Shown piece by piece: positions 1 to 12,285 of a stretch of 64,000 nucleotides of DNA. Where the stretch lies: assembly GCF_006345805.1 (NCBI RefSeq), contig NC_042997.1, positions 68,324,001-68,388,000 of the forward strand. The letters run 5' to 3'. The notes under the pieces were generated by a model. That model was not told the DNA's origin. It was given only the letters and a program-made list of their open reading frames with translations, and searched no databases. The stretch's first letter is position 1, and each line of letters opens with the position of its first letter. This stretch comes from Octopus sinensis (lineage: Eukaryota). The translations under genes and the position numbers were made by a program.

Positions 1-382
1 ACAGTTAAATGCACACATATATATGTATGCACTCTGTAACACACAAGGAACGCGCGCACACACATATATATATGTGTGTGTGTGTACGTGCATGTGTATG
101 AATGTATGTATGTACGTGTGAGGTCGCACGCGCTTGTTTGTGTATGCGTGTGTGTGTCTGTCTGTTGGTGTGTTTACGTACCGTAACTTAGCGGTGTGTA
201 CTTTTAAAGTACCAAGCTTTAAAAAAAAAGCACTGGAATCAATTTATTCGACTTAAAACATTCAATCTAATGATTGAAACACATAGTATGAAAAACATAG
301 AGACATCGATGTTTATCTTAGTGTAAAGAAATTAAAAGTGCAAAAGAAATGTTTAGCTACTTTTAATATTTTGCCTGTCCAA

Positions 383-597
383 GACGGCGAGCTGGCAGAT
401 TTGTTAGCACGTCGGGCAAAATGCTTAGCGGCATTTCGTACGTCTTCACCTTCAGGGTTCAAATTCCGCCGAAGCCGACTTCGCCTTTCATCCTTCCGTG
501 GATAACTAAAATAAGTATCAGTTGAGCACTGAGGTCGATCTAATCGATTCACGCTTCCACCGAAATTGCTGACCTCGTGCCAAAATCTAAAATCAGT
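383..597 (+). mobile_element. tRNA-derived SINE, family A
   Basis: Head ggcgagctggcaga..ttagcac (A-box-like) and ggttcaaattcc (B-box-like); core gcctttcatcctt..gataa..taagta.cagttg; about ten related copies elsewhere in the window. Confidence 0.8.
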
Positions 598-1689
598 ATT
601 TTGCCTACTTATGAATCACATATGACGCACAAAGTATATTTCCCTAGCGTCCATACATCACATATGATACATATTTCCAATTACATTCGACTACAAGAAT
701 AACTTGGGGTTTATATTACTCAGAATATATGAATGAAGAGTTAACTTAAAGTCTGAAAACAAACGTGGACGCATCGGACAAACCTATGAAAATGTTTTGG
801 ACTGGTAACGGATTAAAATCTGTAAATTTTTTTTAAGTGTGTGTGTGGTGGGGTAGGTAAAGTTCTATATATATCTTGTTCTAGATCATCAAAATATGCC
901 TGATGCAATCCACTGTTGAAAGAAAAGTATTTGAAATGTTCTTAAAGTAATCTGATATTCGAAAGTTTATCATCATCACTGTAGATTAAAATTTTGGCAC
1001 CGTTAAAAATCATAGAGTATATTATCTTATATCATTGCATATATGTATAAAACATCTGACTCTTATACATAAAAATCCATAATGTATTAGTGCCTGATAC
1101 TTTGCTAAAACAAAATCGCCGTTATCTAAGGTATTGACGCCAGAATACTTAGCACTTTGCACACTGTAAAATGAACTTTTAGGTCATATGTTACTTTGTC
1201 TAGTAACCTTAATTTCGGGTTAATCAACCCTTGAAAGAACTGAATTAGGCAGAGTTAGCACATATATCATTACCGTGTAATACTTAAAATATTAAACGTA
1301 ATTTCTCCTCTATTATGGAATAAGAGAACTTCAACAATGAAACAGTTTAACAGGATTAACCACAATCAACTACAAATTTAATTAGTCTTGTATTATATCA
1401 ACTTTTCCTCCGCCTAAATCATCACACTAGTTAGTATATTTGAGATTAAGATAATTTTTTCCCGCAAAATAAATCGTTTTACTGTATTTTTGTCTTCGTA
1501 AGTTAATTCGGACTCGGAGAGCAGAATGAGAGAGGAGAGCAATTCGTCATCATACCAGAGGCGAAAAGGCTTTACTTCAGGAACAACCTATTGAAGAAGA
1601 TGGAGAAGAGATGAACCTGGATAGCACCGAACGCAAGGGACCGAAACGACGTCGGCTACATCTTGGTAATGTTGCAAAACGTCTCAGTT

Positions 1690-3150
1690 GTAGCGCTGTT
1701 CAACACAGGAAGCAACAACCGCCTTGTGCATGTGAAGATTGTGCTGGATAAGATCAGGGATAAGACACTGCATTAAACGTCGGGGGAACAGCGCGTGAAT
1801 ATTGTGGGTAAAGTAAAGCTGATGAAAAAGGGCAAAACACCGTGCAGCGACGATATAACATCCAAAATGCTGCATGCTGGCGGTGAGCAGCTGTAACCAA
1901 TGGAAAGAGTCGAATATCATTCTTTCGGACAAGAAGTGTGATCGGGAAGATCTCATGAACTATCGTCCAATATACCTCCTGTCTCAGATATGTAAAATGT
2001 TTGCGAATATAATTGTATGCTGATTATCAAAACAGCTTGATGAACAACAACCAAGAAAATAGGCGAGTTTTTGAAGGAAATTCAGCATTATGCATCACAT
2101 ATTCACACTGACACACTTGTTGAAGCGAGCGAAAGAGTTCCGGTTGTCTCTGTGCGTCGCATTCATTGAATACTAAAAGGTCTACGATAGTGCCGTGATC
2201 AATGCGGTGCTACAGTCCCTCGAGAAGCAAAGTGTTGCGGCGCAGTACATGAACCTCCGTAGGGAGGCAAATTCGGGATAAACTATGAACATGACTTTGT
2301 TAACATCACTCGTTCGTGACACGATCGAGAATGACAACATAGAAGGGGATATGTCTTTAAAGCTCTTCACGGCGTGTCTCGAAATGGTTATCAGACACAT
2401 CATTTGGGACGGCGGCGTGTAAATCAATGGCGAGCTGTTCGCGCAATCCGGCTCGCAGACAGGATTATGCTAATCGAAGAAGGTAACAGGCAGTTACAAA
2501 CCATGCTGGACGAGTTGGACATCAGAGGTTCGGCGGTCGGCCTGAGAATCAATCGTACGAACACAAAATACATGCGGTCCGAGTATATGACACCTGGGCA
2601 AGTTGTGGATGAAGGTGATAAAGTTGAGGAGGCGGAAGGTTATGTGTTTCTCTGCCAGGCTATAACCATGGGTAGCAATATGAATAATGAAATTTCTTGG
2701 AAAATTAGGCTTGAGAGACTTCAACTCAAAGAAGAACATGCTGAAAGAGTAGCTCAACAAAACCACTCTCGCAAACCTCTTCAACAGCACGGCTCTGCCA
2801 GAAAGGCTCTATGCAAGTGAAACATTGTCGAAAACGGAGAGGAATGAACAGCGGTTAATAACGGCGCAAAAAGCCATTGGAAATTTAATATTCAGAATCT
2901 CCTTCAGAGATCATATCCAAATTGAGCAGAGCAGGTATAGAAACGGAGTGAAAAATGCGATCGTCAAATACCGCCTGAACAGAGATGGGCCAGATATGAC
3001 ACGGTGCACCGATAAACATGGACACATGCAGTTGTCAAGCGGTGCTCTTGCTAGCGGAAACGACCACTCGGAAGGCCCCCAACTCTGAAAATGAAAATGA
3101 AAACACAACAACGCGAGGACGTGGAACAAGTAAAGTGTTATTGGACGCTC
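1690..3150 (+). mobile_element. Decayed RTE-clade LINE, reverse transcriptase region
   Basis: Frame-broken translation NYRPIYLLSQICK, LDEQQP, HIFTL, LFTACLEMVIR, INGE, LADRIML and C-terminal RKRPLGRPPT; many stops. Confidence 0.8.
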
Positions 3151-3489
3151 AGGAAAGAAGGAAAGAAGAAGGGTTTAACGTTTCGAGCGGAGCTCTTCGT
3201 CAGAAACATAGGAAAAGGAAACATCCAAAGAAGGGAAGATGGAGGAAAAAAAGCGCCAACGGTACACACGCGGAACACATACGAAGACGGTAAGTGTTGC
3301 TGAGGAGGTCACAGATGTATGACGAAAGATTTCCGGACACAGTTATAAACGAGTAAAGAACGAATATATAGTGCGTGTGTTTATTTGGCAAAAATAAAAA
3401 AGAAATGACCATCCTGAAATACAATGATATCTGTTTCAACACACAACTTCACATCAGGAACCATGCAACACAAATTCATTAACATATTT

Positions 3490-3553
<64 letters not shown>

Positions 3554-3629
3554 GAAATCCATTTCTCCCTCTACATAGCTATATGTATGTATGTATGTAT
3601 GTGTGTGTATGTATATGTGTGTATGTATG

Positions 3630-3982
3630 AAGGATAGCAGGATCTCTAAACAGATGCTATATGGGTAACACGTTTGTGGAAAGAGACTCCGGCAGAAACC
3701 AAGGCTGCGATTTAAGGACTGTGTCAAGTCCTAATTAAAGGAGACATAAATACATTATATACAGGAGACCAACAGGGAGAGCAATGCTTATCATCGCCAT
3801 AGATGGTGGATAAAGGTTTAGGAGGGGGTTGACACTTTTGAAAGAACACTATTCTGCATGAAGAATTTAAGCGTGCTGCTCGAAAGCGCACTGGTAGTGT
3901 AGCGAATGGGGAAAGCATGGTTTGCAATGTTTGCAGTCGTGTATGCTTGCCAAGAGGTTGCCAACGGAGCCGCAGATGCAAA

Positions 3983-3985
<3 letters not shown>
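3630..3985 (+). mobile_element. 3' fragment of an RTE-type LINE
   Basis: RISKQMLYG..GKR..KPRLRFKDC and a terminal C2H2-like remnant (VCNVCSRVC); flanked by microsatellites. Confidence 0.65.
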
Positions 3986-4015
<30 letters not shown>

Positions 4016-4021
4016 TGTATG

Positions 4022-4067
<46 letters not shown>

Positions 4068-4794
4068 CATCAAAGAATCTTTGGTTAAGCATTTAGTCCA
4101 TAATTGTTACTCCGACAAGATATATATATTCGTCGGACGGCGATTGTGGATCACACATACACGCACGCGCGCGTATATATTTCGCTTTAGCATAGCGAGA
4201 CTAATGAACTAATGTCGAACTCAGTGTACATAAGCTTCAGAACGGAGCGTTCGTCGAACACAGAGCAGTAATATTTAATACGACGACAAGGGATAAACAA
4301 TTGTCTTATGAGCTACATTAGCTTACAGATGTTTCTATCATAAGATGTAGTGTAATCATAGATAAGTGCGCTTCATGTTCGAGGCTCCGTCGAAACTATA
4401 AAGTGTCACTTAACTACTCAACTATGAGATTACTAGGATTTATAGCAGAGACAGTTAATGAAGGTCATTAAGATCATCGTTTATTCCTTTGTCAACTTAC
4501 ATTCTCTCTCTCTTTCACACAAACACATACACACACACACACATTCATACACACACAATCACGCATACACATACACATGCACACACGTACACATACATGC
4601 ATGCACAAGCATGTATATATATATATTAATTTTACTATCCAGTTTTAGTCATGTATTGTCTTTGTAAACTTACAAACGACCCGGTAATAATGACTGCTTC
4701 ACCTCCCCTAAAATATTCTATTTCGCCGATAGCGCTTTTGTAATATAGATTCCATTCCATTTATGCCATTTCCTATCAATACCGACTTAAGTAT

Positions 4795-4828
<34 letters not shown>

Positions 4829-5040
4829 ATATATAACTATATATATATACATATATATATATGTGTATATATATATATATTGGCCTGCTCGCTTAGCCAG
4901 CGGGGTGGCGTCATTTGAAGGCTAAAACAATGCGTAGCGCATTGTGACCAGCGATGTGTAGCAACATCTGATAACCTGGTCGGTCACGGTGATCACGGTG
5001 ATATATATATATATACATATACATATATATATACATATAT

Positions 5041-6110
5041 GTATGTATGCGACCAAGTTAGTAGCGGAGGTGGATGCTCAGAGAGTGTCACCACTAGAAT
5101 ACGAATAGCCTGGGCAAAGTTTAGAAAGCTCCTACCCCTACTGGTGACTAAAGGTCTGTCGCTCAAAGTGAAAGTAGATTGTACGATGCATGCGTGCGAA
5201 CTGCCATGCTTCACGGTAGTGAAACATGGGCTGTGACAGCAGAGGACATGCGTAGACTTGAAAGAAATGAAGCTAGCATGATCTGCTGGATGTGTAATGT
5301 CAGTGTGCACACACGACAGAGTGTGAGCACCCTGAGAGAAATGCTGGACATAAGAAGCATCAGATGTGATGTGCAAGAGAGACATTTGCGCTGGTATGGT
5401 CAGGTACTGTGGATGGATGAGGGGAGATGTGTGAAGAAGTGCCACTCCCAAACAGTTGAAGGTATCAGGAGGACATGGGATGAGGTAGTCAAGCATGACC
5501 TTCGAACGTTGGGCCTCACAGAGGCAATGACGAAAGACCGAGATCTCAGGATATATGCTGTGACTGCAAAGACCCGGGCTGCTTCCTGCACCAGTCTTGC
5601 ATAGCCCCAGCCCATTCAAAGTGCCTTGGATTGCAGAATGACCTGCCTTGCTTACCTTGGATCATAGGGTGACCTGCTGTGCTTGAGGAGTCCTACTGAG
5701 TCAAGTACATCAATATCAAAATAAATATCAAATGGAAATTGTAGTTACGATACCTGTGCTGGCTGCGCATAAAAAGCACCATCCAAACGTGGCCGATGCC
5801 AGCGCCGCCTTGACTGGCTTCTGTACCGGTGGCACAAGACCTGCTGTGCTTGAGGAGACCTATTGAGTCAAGTACATCAACATCAAAATAAATATCAAAT
5901 GGAAGTTGTTGTTGTGATACCTGTGCCAGTAGCACGTAAAAAGCACACACTTACACTCACGGAGTGGTTGGCATTAGGAGGGGCATCCAGCTGTAGAAAC
6001 ACTGCCAGATCAGACTGGAGCCTGGTGCAGCCCCTTGGCTTCCCAGACCCCGGTTGAACCATCCAACCCATGCTAGCACGGAAAACGGACATTAAACGAT
6101 GATGATAATG
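5041..6110 (+). mobile_element. 5'-truncated RTE (BovB-like) LINE: RT C-terminus plus 3' UTR
   Basis: ORFs 5039-5236 and 5179-5604 join across a 1-nt frameshift: RIRIAWAKFRKLLPLL..YDACVRTAMLHGSETW..LRWYGQVLWMD; 3' tail ccaacccatgctagcacggaaaacggacattaaacgatgatgat. Confidence 0.85.
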
Positions 6111-6510
6111 AAACGAGTTAGATATGTAAACAACAAAAAAATGGAAAACAGGGCAAATAAACAGAGAGAAAAGACCCTTCATCAGCTTTCTGCTGTCTGT
6201 CTACTACTCATTTCGAGCATCCAACAACAATATGAGACTTCAAAGACATGCATCCAAAATGTGTGTGTGCGTACATTCCATAGGGAACGTACACACACAC
6301 AAACTCTGTTTTATTATATAATATATATATTAAGGATTAATCTTTAATACATATACTCTATGTGCACCCTGGAATTCCTGGAAGTTGATCCAATGATGAA
6401 TGCAAAATATAACTGATGACACCTGGTGGACACACAACTTACTCTGAAACAAGGTTTGGATATTGTGTTTAATGCATATTTTCTAAACCTTAATCCTTTC
6501 AACTTTGAAA

Positions 6511-7330
6511 CACAGACGGTATCCTCTACTGTCCACGACCTCATCTCGTCCTCCCGTCTCCCCCGCACCGCATCCAACCTAATTGTGCGAACCCCACGTA
6601 CCCCCACCATTTACTTCCTCCCCAAAATCCACAAACCTAACAACCCTGGCCGCCCCATCGTCTCCGCCTGTAACTGCCCCACGGAGCTCATCTCTAAATA
6701 CCTCGACCGTGTCCTTGCCCCCCTAGTGGCATCTCTTCCCTCCCACATCCACGATACCAACCATGCTCTCCGGCTTTTCAACTCTTTCTCCTTTCCTCCC
6801 GGCTCCTCCAAAATCCTTTTTACTATGGACATCCAAAGCCTCTATACTGTTATCCCTCACCACGAAGGACTGCAGGCCCTTCGACACTTTCTTGACCTCC
6901 GCTATAACCCTGTACCTGACACCTCCACACTCATTCGTCTGGCCGAACTTGTCCTTACTCTGAACTGCTTCTCGTTCGCGGGCGAGTTCTACCATCAGGT
7001 CTCGGGAGTGGCCATGGGAACGCGAATGGGCCCCAACTATGCGAACCTGTTCGTTGGCTATGTTGAGGCCCAAATATTCTCTAATTTCACTGGTCCCACT
7101 CCTGAACTATATGGTCGTTACATCGACGACATTATCGGTGCCACCTCACTCTCCCGCGAACATCTAGATTCCTTCCTCTCTTTCGTCCAATCTTTCCATC
7201 TAGCCCTCCACTTCACTTCCACTATCTCCAACACCTCTGTCTCCTTCCTCGACATTTCGGTTAGCATTCTTCACTCCACTCTTACCACCTCCATTCACTA
7301 CAAACACACAGACTCACACTCATACCTATA
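6511..7330 (+). mobile_element. Penelope-like element reverse transcriptase fragment, uninterrupted
   Basis: Within ORF 6426-7481: LPKIHKPNNPGRPIVS, MDIQSLYTVIP, GVAMGTRMGPNYANLF, RYIDD, FLDISV, YKHTDSHSYL; then runs into (CA)n. Confidence 0.9.
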
Positions 7331-7501
7331 CACACACACATATATACACACTCACACACATAAACACGCACATACATACACTCACATACACTCACAAACG
7401 CATGCACACGACTCACACATACACACGCATATGCATGTACATATATATGTATATGTAACATACATGGTTATATGTTTATAATATATACATGCATATGTAT
7501 A

Positions 7502-7545
<44 letters not shown>

Positions 7546-8099
7546 TATACGTATATATACATGTATATATGTATATATATATATATATATATACATCCAT
7601 ACATATATTCATACACCCTTCAGTACATATAAATACATATACCGACCCCACACACAAACACACATACACCTACACAGATATAATCTGAGCTTAACCCCTA
7701 CTCAACATACATGTAATCGATCCATACGAAACTTTGGAAGTGAACACTTTCAGCATTTCGTAGTCTTTAACGCTAATACTGTTTATGATTTTATATATTT
7801 GATATATTAATGTTTTATAAATTAAAAGTTAAGTACTTACTTAATCCTACTTCAAATTAAGTTTCCTTCACTAATAGGGCGATATTGTATGTACATCATT
7901 TTCCCCTCTTTTCCTCTGTCTCTCTATTTCTTTGCTTGTGTGTCCCTCTATCTCTCTCTTACTATTTCTCTCTCTCTCTTCCACACATTCTCTATGTATA
8001 TTGTACGCACGAAACTGGATATTAGGAAGAATTAAGGTCCTTGTGTTTGTCTTACGTGTACGCTTTGTATCCCGACTTATGTTAACAGTAAGTTTGTAT

Positions 8100-8370
8100 A
8101 GACATACATACATGCATACATACATACATACATACATACAATCATCCATCCATCCATCCATACATACATACATACATACATACATACATACATACATACA
8201 TACATACGTACATACATACATACATACATACTTTCATACATACATTCATACATACATACATACATACATAAATACATACATACATACATATATACTTACA
8301 TACACACACATACACATACATACATACATAATGCATGCATACATACATACATACATACATACATACATAC
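8100..8370. repeat. (TACA)n compound microsatellite
   Basis: Direct inspection; source of the spurious YVCM/HTYI ORFs. Representative of dozens of (TA)n, (CA)n, (TACA)n, (TATC)n and (AAT)n tracts. Confidence 0.95.
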
Positions 8371-8597
8371 GTAATCACGTAAATGCTAAAATTGTGTAAA
8401 GCAGGTAGTACTCGAATACCGAAGATAGAACAATATGTTTTTTTTAAGCTCAAAAAATCTCCACAACCTGATACTCAGAGTCTCACTTTATCGTTCGTCG
8501 GACAGTTCTGATCAAGTCTATGATCACACTGTACGACAAGCAGTAACGTGAAACTCTGAGTAACAGTTAGTGAAGATTTTTTTCAGCTTTAATAAAA

Positions 8598-8663
<66 letters not shown>

Positions 8664-8732
8664 AATATCTATAATATAAAATAAATAAACAAATATATAT
8701 ATATATATGTGTGTGTGTGTATGTGTGTGAGA

Positions 8733-8767
<35 letters not shown>

Positions 8768-8945
8768 ACTTCAAGAAAGCAGAGGTTGTGAATCCAACCC
8801 ACTAGGGGATAATATCTATCCAATATACTGCTGGTAGATTACCCAATTATTAATACACAGGTGTTTTTTCTATTGTATTGCAATTACATTACCTAGTGTA
8901 CTAAATGGGTGAAGGTAAAGAGATATTTTACCATTAATTTATATG

Positions 8946-9098
8946 GCAAATAAGAAAATGGAGGAGAACAATAGGTGGTTCATAAACTTTTAGACATAAA
9001 TTAATATCAGTTTAGTAAATACATAAATAAATAAGTTAATAATTTAATGTCTAAAAGTTGATGAACCACCTATTGTTCTCCTCCATTTTCTTATTTGC
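8946..9098. repeat. Near-perfect inverted repeat, ~58-bp arms with 36-nt spacer
   Basis: 8946-9003 gcaaataagaaaatggaggagaacaataggtggttcat... is the reverse complement of 9040-9098 with about 2 differences. Confidence 0.95.
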
Positions 9099-9214
<116 letters not shown>

Positions 9215-9380
9215 CGTATATATATATCGTTTGTGTATGGTAGATGAGTTCAGCAAAAGTTTAGATTTCAGATGAATATGGTACGTAAGTTGAGGCACCA
9301 GAATTTAGTACGGTATTATCCATACAATTTCAATATAAGTTCATTAAAATCAAAATAAGCAACACGGATATCGAGAGGTA

Positions 9381-9467
9381 ATGCAGTACGATCGTTTCAC
9401 GCAACTCCATTTAATTGAGCAATGCAGTCATTACATCAATTTAAATGCAGAGCAATCATCAGCTGCA
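9381..9467 (-). ncRNA. Type I hammerhead ribozyme-like motif with long stem II
   Basis: Minus strand: tgcag-CTGATGA-[57 nt hairpin]-GAAAC-gatc-GTA-ctgca; stem I 5 bp, palindromic stem III. Confidence 0.6.
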
Positions 9468-9694
9468 CAAAGACATAGAAATTAAGTAAATTAAAACAGA
9501 TGGACACATTTGTTTAATTTTACCTAAAATCTCCAAGGGGTTAAGGAGATAGAGAAAGAGCACGCTGCCTTCCCTTCAGCTTAGAACCTACTAAGTTATC
9601 TGGCAGAAAGACTTGTTATTGCTTGTCATTGTTTTTTATGGGGTCAGTTTTAATTTATAGACTAGTTTTATCAAATCCTTTTATATCTAACGCC

Positions 9695-9748
<54 letters not shown>

Positions 9749-9758
9749 ATATATGGTT

Positions 9759-10215
9759 GCTTGTTTCTCTGGAGACTGTCAGAATGAGGTAGACGCCTCT
9801 GATGAGAACCCAATAAGGTTCGAAAATCGATTAAGGTTGTTCATCATTGTTTTTCAATCTGCAGAGAAATGGCAAAAAATTTGTCCTGCTTATAATTATA
9901 CCATATGTTACATATTTGTTATATCATACCTTGATACTGTGTGGACTAAGATTCCTGTTGACAGGCCGCTGTTATTTATAGAGTGATAAACACTTTCGGT
10001 ATTCAAATTAGGGACTCCTTCAAAGAGTAACTGCTGCATTTGTTGAGTAAATAAACAGTTTGCCTGCTTGTTTCTCTGGAGACTGTCAGAATGATGTAGA
10101 CACCTCTGATGAGAACCCAATAAGTTTCAAATTCGATTAAGGTTGTTCATAATTTCTTTTAGTCTGCGGAGAAATGGTTAAATGTTGTCCTGTTTATAAT
10201 TATATCATATGTTAC
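9759..10215 (+). repeat. Direct repeat pair (~153 bp, period ~307 nt), each copy carrying a hammerhead motif
   Basis: 9759-9912 aligns to 10066-10215; bounded by (TA)n on the left and (CA)n on the right. Confidence 0.9.
9792..9840 (+). ncRNA. Minimal type I hammerhead ribozyme, intact core
   Basis: gacgcct-CTGATGA-gaacc(caataa)ggttc-GAAA-atcgat-TA-aggttgt; perfect 5-bp stem II, palindromic stem III, stem I cct/agg plus extension. Confidence 0.75.
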
Positions 10216-10598
10216 ACACACACGTACAAACGCACACATACACATACACACACACACATATATATATACATGAGAGAGAAACAAAAACGGAAAATATTCA
10301 GATGATGAACATTCGTATATAAACATAAAGATATTTATATATTTACTGAAGAGATTCAAGAGATTTACATGGAGTACAAAAGGTACTGAAAACTAGGGGA
10401 GAGGTTATGGTATTTCAGGGCAGACAGCTGTTCCTAGGGGCTCAAAATTAAGTAAAGGTGTAATTTTGGCAGGCAGATTGTACTGAATTTCAAGATTATG
10501 CACCTAATGGCGGATATATATATATATATATATATAGCACCAGGTGGTGCTATTAAGTTAGACATGGCCTGGGCCAATAATGGGCGAAACCTATCAAA

Positions 10599-10662
<64 letters not shown>

Positions 10663-11269
10663 CTATAGTAAATTCGGCCTCCGTCTTTAGGGCGAAGGGA
10701 TTGGCAACTAACATTTCATATCATAATGACGAGAATTTGCAGGCAGAATGGGTGGAAAAGAAATAAAGGGAGGAAATGAGCGGTTCAGTGAGGGAGGAGA
10801 ATGTTGAAGCAAAGGAAGGGCAAGAAGAGATAGGAGAGGCTGAGCAGAGAGAAGGAGGGGATGAGTGACCAGGGGATTGAAAGAATTAGAAGTGGGGTGT
10901 GGAGAGATGAGTGGGAAGGGGTAGGATCAGTAGTATTGTAGAGGGTGGCGTCGTTGTTGGGCTTGACAAGAGATGTTATTAACGGGGATAGTGGAGACTA
11001 TGGAACTGGAAAAGGGAAGTAGGTATGCTGAGATAAGGGATGGTTGGTGGTATTGAAGGGAATTTCGAAGAATAAAGGTGGGTCGGTGGCAGCAGAATGA
11101 AGTGACTAAAGTAGGTAGAAAGGTATGAGAGTAAACAGAGAGAGATATATAGAAGAGGAGAAAGGGAGGGATAAGTTGGTAGCAATGACAAGGGGTAAAT
11201 TGTGCTATGTGGTTCTGGTTGATGAGGAAGTACTTGGAGGGCTTAGAAATCGGTGCTATAATGGTTGGG

Positions 11270-11400
11270 CTTCATTGCACGAGTATGCATTTGCTAAAGC
11301 CACCTATAATTCCACTTAAGTCTGATTTTGTGGGCAGATTACTCTAACAGTGGATTTACTGAAGTTGGGCTTATGGTCCTTCAGGTTGAAGTCTGGGAGG
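11270..11400 (-). mobile_element. Highly decayed Penelope-like RT remnant
   Basis: Minus-strand LKDHKPNFSKSTVRVIC then, after a frameshift, PTKSDLSGIIGGFSKCIL, resembling the KDHKPNF..RLINP.KSE.G..SK.IL motif of some PLE RTs (recalled, not searched). Confidence 0.45.
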
Positions 11401-11814
11401 GGCAGGTGTATATGGTAGAGTAGAGGTTGTTGGCGTCCTTAAAAGCGTTCCCACGTGCTGTTACACACACACACACACACACAACACACACGCACACACA
11501 CGCACAATGTACTGTTCCGGGACGGTAAGATCAACAAAAAAGTATTACTTTCCTGTGAGAGATAATATTATTTGACAAACACAATACTTTTTTGTGTGCT
11601 ACTATTAGCTCTGAGGGTCAAAACTAAAGATCGCCTAAGCAACTGCTTTTATTATATTACAGATGTGACTAATTTGGAGAAACATTACGTTCATTATTCA
11701 CACATCGTCAGTCACGTAATCGAACACTATAATTTTGGCTGAAATTGAAAGTGTGAAACTATTTTCACTTTCTAATGAAACCTCGCCATTGTAAGTTTCA
11801 ATATCAGCGCGTTT

Positions 11815-11850
<36 letters not shown>

Positions 11851-12005
11851 CTAAGACATACACACACACACAGACACATTAACGCACACCTCAAGCCTAT
11901 CTCTATCCCTGTGTGTGTGTGTCTGTCTTTAGGTGCGTGTGTGAGTCGTCAGAAAAATGTATGTATACTGACAGATACAAACACTGTCACACACATCTAC
12001 TTGTG

Positions 12006-12285
12006 GAGGCACATGGCCTAGTAGTTAGAGTAGATGAATCTCAGACCGGGCGATGTATGTGTTTATGAGCGAAAAACCTAAGTTCCACGCGGCTCTGGCA
12101 GAAGGTAATGGCGAACTTATGCTGACTCTTTCGTCACAACTTTCTCTCTTTCCTCCTGCATCTTGCAGCTCACCTGAGACGGACCGGCATCCCGTCCAGG
12201 TGGGGAACCTATACGCCAAGCAAACCAGGAAAACGGCCCTTATGAGCCAGGCATGGCTCAAAAAGGAACAAACAACAAACAACAC
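12006..12285 (+). mobile_element. tRNA-derived SINE, family C variant
   Basis: Head ggaggcacatggcctagtagttagag..cagaccgggcg..tgagcgaaaa.cctaag shared with 19703-20083; tail cccttatgagccaggcatggctc recurs inverted at 46279-46335. Confidence 0.75.

Noticed and set aside
3724-4212. ORFs rich in YI, HT, VC or MYVC repeats here and throughout the track
   Set aside because: Translations of (TA)n, (CA)n and (TACA)n microsatellites; no coding signal
6173-6185. Minus-strand ctgatgaagggtc resembling a PLE hammerhead start
   Set aside because: No closing stem II or GAAA follows
6405-6462. CTGATGA..GAAAC-aag-GTT upstream of the PLE RT fragment
   Set aside because: Stem I and stem II do not pair convincingly; at best a fossil
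9759-10215. Direct repeats as a CRISPR array
   Set aside because: Only two 153-bp copies, eukaryotic context, no cas genes
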